Assembly (NCBI GenBank): GCA_965205485.1
Contig: OZ242180.1
Span: 2,383,422 to 2,447,421 of the forward strand
Source of the DNA: Candidatus Latescibacterota bacterium
GTDB lineage: Bacteria > Latescibacterota > UBA2968 > GCA-2709665
Reading direction: 5' to 3'
DNA: 64,000 nucleotides
Program-made: the position numbers and the translations under genes
Notes under the pieces: generated by a model
The model's input: the letters and a program-made list of their open reading frames with translations, nothing else
The model's database searches: none
Told to the model about the DNA's origin: nothing
Shown here: positions 58,508 through 64,000 of the stretch, one piece after another
Layout: each line of letters begins with the position of its first letter
Numbering within the stretch: position 1 is the first letter of the stretch

Positions 58508-59227
58508 ATGGACGCTAACGAATGGCACAAAGGCGCTGCCGGTCGATCCGCCCGGCGGGGCGTCATCTGCGCACTGTTCTGCCTTCTGACAGTTGGCGCC
58601 GCCCGCTGTCCCGCACAACTGCCGGATCCTCCCGCGTCATTCACAATGGCGAGGCTTAAATTCGGCGGCGGCGGGGACTGGTACAATGGGCCCACCGAGA
58701 TTCCCAACCTTCTGGCCTTTATCCGCAGTCGAACGAGGATCCATACGGCCGAACGGGAAGCCCGGGTCGAAATCATGGACGAGGACCTGTTCGCGTATCC
58801 CGTTCTTTACCTCACCGGTCACGGAAATATCCTGTTCACCGAAGATGAAGTCATGCGCCTTCGCACGTACCTTGAACGCGGAGGCTTCCTCTTTGCCAAC
58901 GACGACTACGGACTCGACAAAGCGTTTCGTCGTGAAATCAAACGGACCTTCCCCGATAAAGAGCTGGTTGAATTGCCGCCTTCATTCGGCATCTTTCAAT
59001 CCCCCTTCCCGTTTCCGGACGGCCTGCCCAAGATTCACGAACACGACGGAAAACGACCCCAGGCCTTTGGCATCTTTCACGAGGGAAGGCTTGTCGTGTT
59101 TTACAACTACGAGTGCGACCTCGGGGACGGTTGGAACGATCCCGCGGTACACAACGACCCGCCGGAAATGCGGGATGCCGCGTTGAAGATGGGAACAAAC
59201 GTCGTCGTCTGGGCGCTCACGCACTGA
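58508..59227 (+). CDS. DUF4159 domain protein
   Basis: ARLKFGGGGDWY, YPVLYLTGHG, GGFLF.DDYG, GLPKIHEHD, DLGDGW. Confidence 0.88.
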   Translation: MDANEWHKGAAGRSARRGVICALFCLLTVGAARCPAQLPDPPASFTMARLKFGGGGDWYNGPTEIPNLLAFIRSRTRIHTAEREARVEIMDEDLFAYPVLYLTGHGNILFTEDEVMRLRTYLERGGFLFANDDYGLDKAFRREIKRTFPDKELVELPPSFGIFQSPFPFPDGLPKIHEHDGKRPQAFGIFHEGRLVVFYNYECDLGDGWNDPAVHNDPPEMRDAALKMGTNVVVWALTH

Positions 59228-59265
59228 CCGCGACGATCGGGCCTTAGCCCGCGTTTCCCTCAATT

Positions 59266-62200
59266 ATGTCCGGAATATCTGCAAACGACGCATACCGGAA
59301 CCTGTCAGGCAGGCTGACCGCGCTTCGGAAGAGGCAGGTCGCCGCCCGTAGCCTGTACGGCGCGGGCCTGACGCTGTGCTGTGCGCTTTCCTGTTTTTTC
59401 GTTCTACTGCTTCTGGAATCCGCCCTGTATCTCTCGCCGGCGGTCAAGGTGGCTTTGGAAGTGGCCGCCGCACTTGCCGCGGCCTGTCTTGCGGTGGTGT
59501 ACTGTTTTCGCCCATTCTTCGTTTTGCCTTCACCGGAAGACGTCGCATTGCAGGTCGAACACGCATTCGGCGGCCTTCAGCAACGCCTGATCAGCGCCTT
59601 GCAGCTCCGGTGTCCGGATGAACACGCCAACTATTCGTCACCAATGGTCGATGCCGCCGTGATTCAGGCGGATGAGGTCCTCGCAAAGCTGAATCTGGAT
59701 CCTCTGGTTCCCCGTTCCAGACCCCTGCGGGCAGCAGCCCTATGTGGCGTGCTGGGCCTGGTCATTCTCGTGGCTTTCGCGATTCTTCCGGGACCGCTTA
59801 CAGCGGCTGCCGGCCGGCTTGCCACGCCGACAACGGCCTACGTCCGTCCGCCGGAGACGTTTATTTCCCTCCATCCGGGGAGCGCTGAAATCATCGCGGG
59901 GGAGCCCCTCGCAATAACGGCCACCTTGTCCGGTCTCGTACCCCCGCGCGCTCACATCCTGTTGCGGGAAGACGACGAATGGACATCCCTTGAGCTTTCG
60001 GTGCGCAACGGACGGATCGCACACGGAATTCCCGCCGTGACACGATCGTTCCAGTACAGTCTACGCGCGAACGATGCGGTAACTCCTGTCTATGAGGTCA
60101 CCGCCAAACCCCGGCCGATGGTCGTCCGGATTCGTCAAGACAACCGTTATCCGGCCTACACCGGGCTCGGGGAAGTCCGCGACGTCGAAGGCGGCGACAT
60201 TGTTGCCATCGCAGGAACTTCGACCGCGCTTCGCGTCGAGTCCAGCCTTCCGTTGAGCTCGGCTGAAATCGTCTTCGACGACAGCAGTGCTTCAATGGCG
60301 CAAGTCGAGGGACGCATCGCTTCAGTCAATCTGACCGTCACACAGAACCGGCGCTATACAATCGCTTTGCGTGATATGCACGATATCGCCAGCTTGAATC
60401 CTGTAGAGTACCGCGTCGTGGCGCTTCAGGACCATCCTCCCGAAATTCGCCTGCTTCGACCGGGAAGAGACACTGAACTGGGGGAAGACATGCGGGTTCC
60501 CCTGTTCATGGAGGCCCGGGACGATTACGGCGTTTCAAGGATCGAAATCCGTTACCGACTCAACGACGGCGAGGCGGAAGAAGCGCTTCCAATTCCCCTG
60601 GACAACCCGGGCGCTGGAGAACTCACCCAGACCCATGTGTGGGACCTCTCCGGCCTGGACCTGCTGCCGGGGGATCGGGTCGTCTTCAGGCTGCGTGCGT
60701 ATGACGGCAACACGGTATCCGGTCTGGGCATAACGGAAACGCCGGCGTTCACCATCCGCTTTCCGTCACTGCTGGAAATCCACCGTCAGGCCCGACAGGC
60801 TCACGAGGAGGGCCTGGAACGGATGACTGCCATCAGGGAAGAGGGGGAGTCGGTACGCGAACGCCTTGAAGAGATCGCACAACGGCTGTTGAAGGAACGA
60901 CAGATGCAGTGGCAACACGGCAAGGAGCTGGAAACCGCGATCGATGACCAGGCCACAGCCTCGGAAAAGCTCGAGGAAGTCAGCGGGAAACTCGAAGAAA
61001 CGCTCGGCAGGTTGCAACAGAGCGGTCTTCTGGGGGACGAAACCCTCCAGAAGCTGAACCAGATTCAGGAATTGCTCTCCGAAATCGAGTCGCCGCGTTT
61101 GAAGGAGGCTATGGAGGAACTCCGTGACGCAATGCAGCGCGTCGATTCCAAAGCCGTGGAGGAGGCCCTGAAGGCGTTTCGCGGCGAACAGGAAGGGTTT
61201 CAAGAGTCACTGGAGCGGACCATCGCCCTGCTGCGGCAGCTGCGCACGGAGCAAACCATTGAAGCGCTGGCGCAAACCCTGGAAGCACTGTCCCGTGAGC
61301 AGCGTCGTGTGGTTGGCAACATCGGCGATCAGCCCGATCCCGCGTCCCTGGCAGTACAACAGGACGCGATCGCACGGCGTACCGGTTCATTTGAGGATGA
61401 ACTTGCGGAGACTGCCGGAAAAATGGGTGATTTCCCCGAAGCGGCGGATGAACTTGGACGCCTTGCGGACCGGTTTGAAGCGCAGCGCATCCCCGGGCGC
61501 ATGCGGGCCGTCAGCCGCCATCTGTGCGGCAATGCAGCAGGGCTGGCACGAACGCACGGCGCACGGATAACCGGAGACCTCGAAAGGTTCGCGAAGGAGC
61601 TCCAGGCGGCCAGGCAGGCCTTCGTCAACCGTCAGAAAGAAGCAATGATACGACGCCTCAACCAGATGACGCACAACCTGCTGGGACTTTCAGCCGCGCA
61701 GGAACAAACCGCGCGCAAGGCCGGGGAAATCTCCCGGGAAAGCGATCCGGCGCCGTTGGCGATCGAGCAGGCCCGTATACTGGCTGGCGCGACGCGCGTG
61801 GCGAACCACTTGATGGAAGCCGCTCACAAGACCTACTTTGTGACGCCTGAAACCGGCGCCGCGCTGGGTCGCGCGCTCAACAAGGTCCGGGAGACGGCAG
61901 GTCATATCCAGGCCGTCGCCGGTTCCCGGGCTGCCGACACGGGCAAGGACGCGATGGGCGCATTGAACGAAGTGGTGATGGCGCTCCGGAGGGCGGTCAG
62001 GGACATCTCCGCCGCCGGTTCGTCCGTGGGTCTGGAAGAAATGCTCCAGCGCCTGCAGGAGCTGGCCGACCAGCAGTCCGGCCTGAACGAAACGAGTGAA
62101 TCCGCGCTTAACTCGTCGCAGCAGTCGCTGGGGGAGCAGGGTCTGCAAGCAAGCCTCGCGCAGATGGCGGCCCGACAGAGAGCCATCCAGCAGGCGGTGC

Positions 62201-62601
62201 GGGAAATTCGCAGGCAGATGGGCAGCCGCCGGCATGCGCTGCTCGGCGATCTGGACCATATCGCTTCAGAAATGGAGGCCGTGATTCAGGAGATGAAGAA
62301 CCGCCGCGCAGACAGCCGTACGCTTGAACGTCAGCGCAGAATTCTCTCACGCCTGCTCGACGCGCAGCGGTCGATTCGCGAACGCGGCCGAAGCAGCGAA
62401 CGACGCGCCCGGCGAGGTTCGGACCTGGCGTACCGGGGTCCGGGCTCGTTGCCGCCGAATCTGGGCGAAGCCGATAATCCGCTTCGAATTCGACTCCGGG
62501 ACGCGCTCGATGCGGGTTTCGCCACGGAGTATCGCAGACTCATCCGCAGCTACTTCGAGACCTTGATGCAGGACGCGTTGAAACGCGAAGATTCCCGATG
62601 A
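59266..62601 (+). CDS. DUF4175-like large membrane/coiled-coil protein
   Basis: N-terminal TMs, RLISALQL, YPAYTG, ARDDYGV, long Q/E-rich coiled coil, RLLDAQRS. Confidence 0.72.
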   Translation: MSGISANDAYRNLSGRLTALRKRQVAARSLYGAGLTLCCALSCFFVLLLLESALYLSPAVKVALEVAAALAAACLAVVYCFRPFFVLPSPEDVALQVEHAFGGLQQRLISALQLRCPDEHANYSSPMVDAAVIQADEVLAKLNLDPLVPRSRPLRAAALCGVLGLVILVAFAILPGPLTAAAGRLATPTTAYVRPPETFISLHPGSAEIIAGEPLAITATLSGLVPPRAHILLREDDEWTSLELSVRNGRIAHGIPAVTRSFQYSLRANDAVTPVYEVTAKPRPMVVRIRQDNRYPAYTGLGEVRDVEGGDIVAIAGTSTALRVESSLPLSSAEIVFDDSSASMAQVEGRIASVNLTVTQNRRYTIALRDMHDIASLNPVEYRVVALQDHPPEIRLLRPGRDTELGEDMRVPLFMEARDDYGVSRIEIRYRLNDGEAEEALPIPLDNPGAGELTQTHVWDLSGLDLLPGDRVVFRLRAYDGNTVSGLGITETPAFTIRFPSLLEIHRQARQAHEEGLERMTAIREEGESVRERLEEIAQRLLKERQMQWQHGKELETAIDDQATASEKLEEVSGKLEETLGRLQQSGLLGDETLQKLNQIQELLSEIESPRLKEAMEELRDAMQRVDSKAVEEALKAFRGEQEGFQESLERTIALLRQLRTEQTIEALAQTLEALSREQRRVVGNIGDQPDPASLAVQQDAIARRTGSFEDELAETAGKMGDFPEAADELGRLADRFEAQRIPGRMRAVSRHLCGNAAGLARTHGARITGDLERFAKELQAARQAFVNRQKEAMIRRLNQMTHNLLGLSAAQEQTARKAGEISRESDPAPLAIEQARILAGATRVANHLMEAAHKTYFVTPETGAALGRALNKVRETAGHIQAVAGSRAADTGKDAMGALNEVVMALRRAVRDISAAGSSVGLEEMLQRLQELADQQSGLNETSESALNSSQQSLGEQGLQASLAQMAARQRAIQQAVREIRRQMGSRRHALLGDLDHIASEMEAVIQEMKNRRADSRTLERQRRILSRLLDAQRSIRERGRSSERRARRGSDLAYRGPGSLPPNLGEADNPLRIRLRDALDAGFATEYRRLIRSYFETLMQDALKREDSR

Positions 62602-64000
62602 AGAGTTGGCTCCCTTTAAATGCCGCCCTCGTAATTTTGACCCTTCTCCTGCTCGCTCCGGTGGATCTGCCCGCCGCCACTGCCCGGGAAACCCTCCGCC
62701 AGGCAGGTGCGAAGGAAGCCTCCGGCGACTTGAGAGAAGCGCTGCGACTTTACCGGAAGCTCCTGAAAAGGTATCCGTACCGTGCTGACATACTCCTTCG
62801 CATAGAATCCATCCTCTACCGCACGGGGCGCCGCGGTGAAGCGGTTCGCCTTCTGGAGTCTCACCTTCAAGAAAGGCCGCGGGACTCGACGGTCCGTTTC
62901 CGGCTGGCGGACATTCAGTCCGAAACGGGCAACCTTGACGGAGCGATTGCGCATTGGAACCACATCGTCGCCGATGCCGCCGACACGGGAACGATCGAGC
63001 GTGTCGCGCGCAACTTTCTGAGGCACAACCTTCCATTGCGGGCACTGTCCGTTTGCCGGCGGGGACGCGACATCTTGAAAAACCCGCATCTGTTCGCCGG
63101 ACAAATGGCTGAAATCGCGGAACGGCTCGCGCGATATCCTGATGCCGTGGCCGAGTACATGGTCTTTGTACGCCAACAGCCGCAATTGCTCGGGCATGTC
63201 GAGGCGCGATTCAGGCATTTCGCGCGGGAGGGCGACCAGCAGGACCGAATTCTCGCTGCGCTCAGCCATGAGGCCCGGGAGCATCCGGGCGACGAGATTG
63301 CCCTGCGGCTGTTCACGGAGTACGCACTGACGGCGGGTTTTGAGGAACGGGCGCTGCGAGTCTTTGCGTCATTTGCACACGTCGGTCCGCTCCACGTGAC
63401 GCACCTGTTACGCGTCGCCGGACACGCCTTCGAGGCCGGCCGTTTCGAGACGGCGGCCGGCGCCTATGAGATACTTCTTTCCGGCACCGATTCAATAGCC
63501 CGCCAACCGGAGGCGCTGCTGGGTCTGGGGAGGGCGAGCGAAGGCCTGTCGCATGTCGACACGGCTGTGTCCCTTTACCGGCGCCTGATTGACAGATTTC
63601 CACGAACCCTCTATGCGCATGAGGCCGGTTTTCGGCTGGGTCTGCTCTTGCGTCGGGTCTATCGGGATACCGCGGCCGCGCTGGACGCATTCCGCTCGGT
63701 CGCCGGCGAGAAGAGGCGTACTTCCTGGCGCTCCCGCGCCCTCTTTGAGATCGCGGATATACTGGTCGTCGCGGACCGGCTCGCGGAAGCCCGATCGGTC
63801 TATGCCCGCGTTGCGCGTGAACAGCGGGAGGATGAAGACGCCGCCCGGGCTCGTTTCGGTATTGCCGAGTGTCATTTTCTTTCCGGCGAAATCGACGCCG
63901 CCCGCGCCGCCATCGACAGCCTGCTGTCGGGTTCTTCAAACCGATTCGCGTTCAACGATGCGCTGGGGCTCTCGGTCCTGCTCGAGCAGGCGGACGAGGA
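62598..64000 (+). CDS. Secreted TPR-repeat protein (3'-truncated by window edge; absent from ORF track)
   Basis: ATG overlapping the previous stop: MKSWLPLNAALVILTLLLLAP... then helical TPR-like repeats (EALRLYRKLLKRYP). Frame appears open to the window end. Confidence 0.75.
   Translation, partial: MKSWLPLNAALVILTLLLLAPVDLPAATARETLRQAGAKEASGDLREALRLYRKLLKRYPYRADILLRIESILYRTGRRGEAVRLLESHLQERPRDSTVRFRLADIQSETGNLDGAIAHWNHIVADAADTGTIERVARNFLRHNLPLRALSVCRRGRDILKNPHLFAGQMAEIAERLARYPDAVAEYMVFVRQQPQLLGHVEARFRHFAREGDQQDRILAALSHEAREHPGDEIALRLFTEYALTAGFEERALRVFASFAHVGPLHVTHLLRVAGHAFEAGRFETAAGAYEILLSGTDSIARQPEALLGLGRASEGLSHVDTAVSLYRRLIDRFPRTLYAHEAGFRLGLLLRRVYRDTAAALDAFRSVAGEKRRTSWRSRALFEIADILVVADRLAEARSVYARVAREQREDEDAARARFGIAECHFLSGEIDAARAAIDSLLSGSSNRFAFNDALGLSVLLEQADE

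Overview
GC-rich bacterial chromosome segment. A WD40 protein with a C-terminal dockerin-like double Ca-binding repeat, a pentapeptide-repeat protein and an NHLP/proteusin locus are consistent with a Latescibacterota-like, possibly sponge-associated organism; this is inference only. 1-2.9 kb: 3' end of an NHLP (proteusin-type) RiPP cluster (ABC transporter, precursor with a His/acid-rich core, uncharacterised downstream enzyme). 3-31 kb: mixed metabolic and accessory genes, including dCMP deaminase, fetAB, trmB, a selenocysteine-containing selD with a SECIS hairpin (missed by the ORF track), an interrupted AttEFGH-like ABC/lipocalin set, TA-like pairs and GTAG-type REP palindromes. 32.2-43.9 kb, the most notable region: three unannotated double-glycine-leader peptides, two DUF3267 (HExxH) membrane proteins (one frameshifted), a cNMP-C39-ABC exporter, HlyD, a PpiC-type rotamase and two CPBP/Abi proteases. 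Two matching sigma54 promoters share an upstream palindromic motif, and a separately promoted, highly structured ~210-nt candidate ncRNA lies inside the cluster. 44-64 kb: mostly housekeeping (lysA, tRNA-Leu(TAG), lptD-like, dtd, maf, rodZ-like, priA, flippase, DUF4159, DUF4175-like, TPR protein). All family assignments come from motif recognition by eye; no searches were run.
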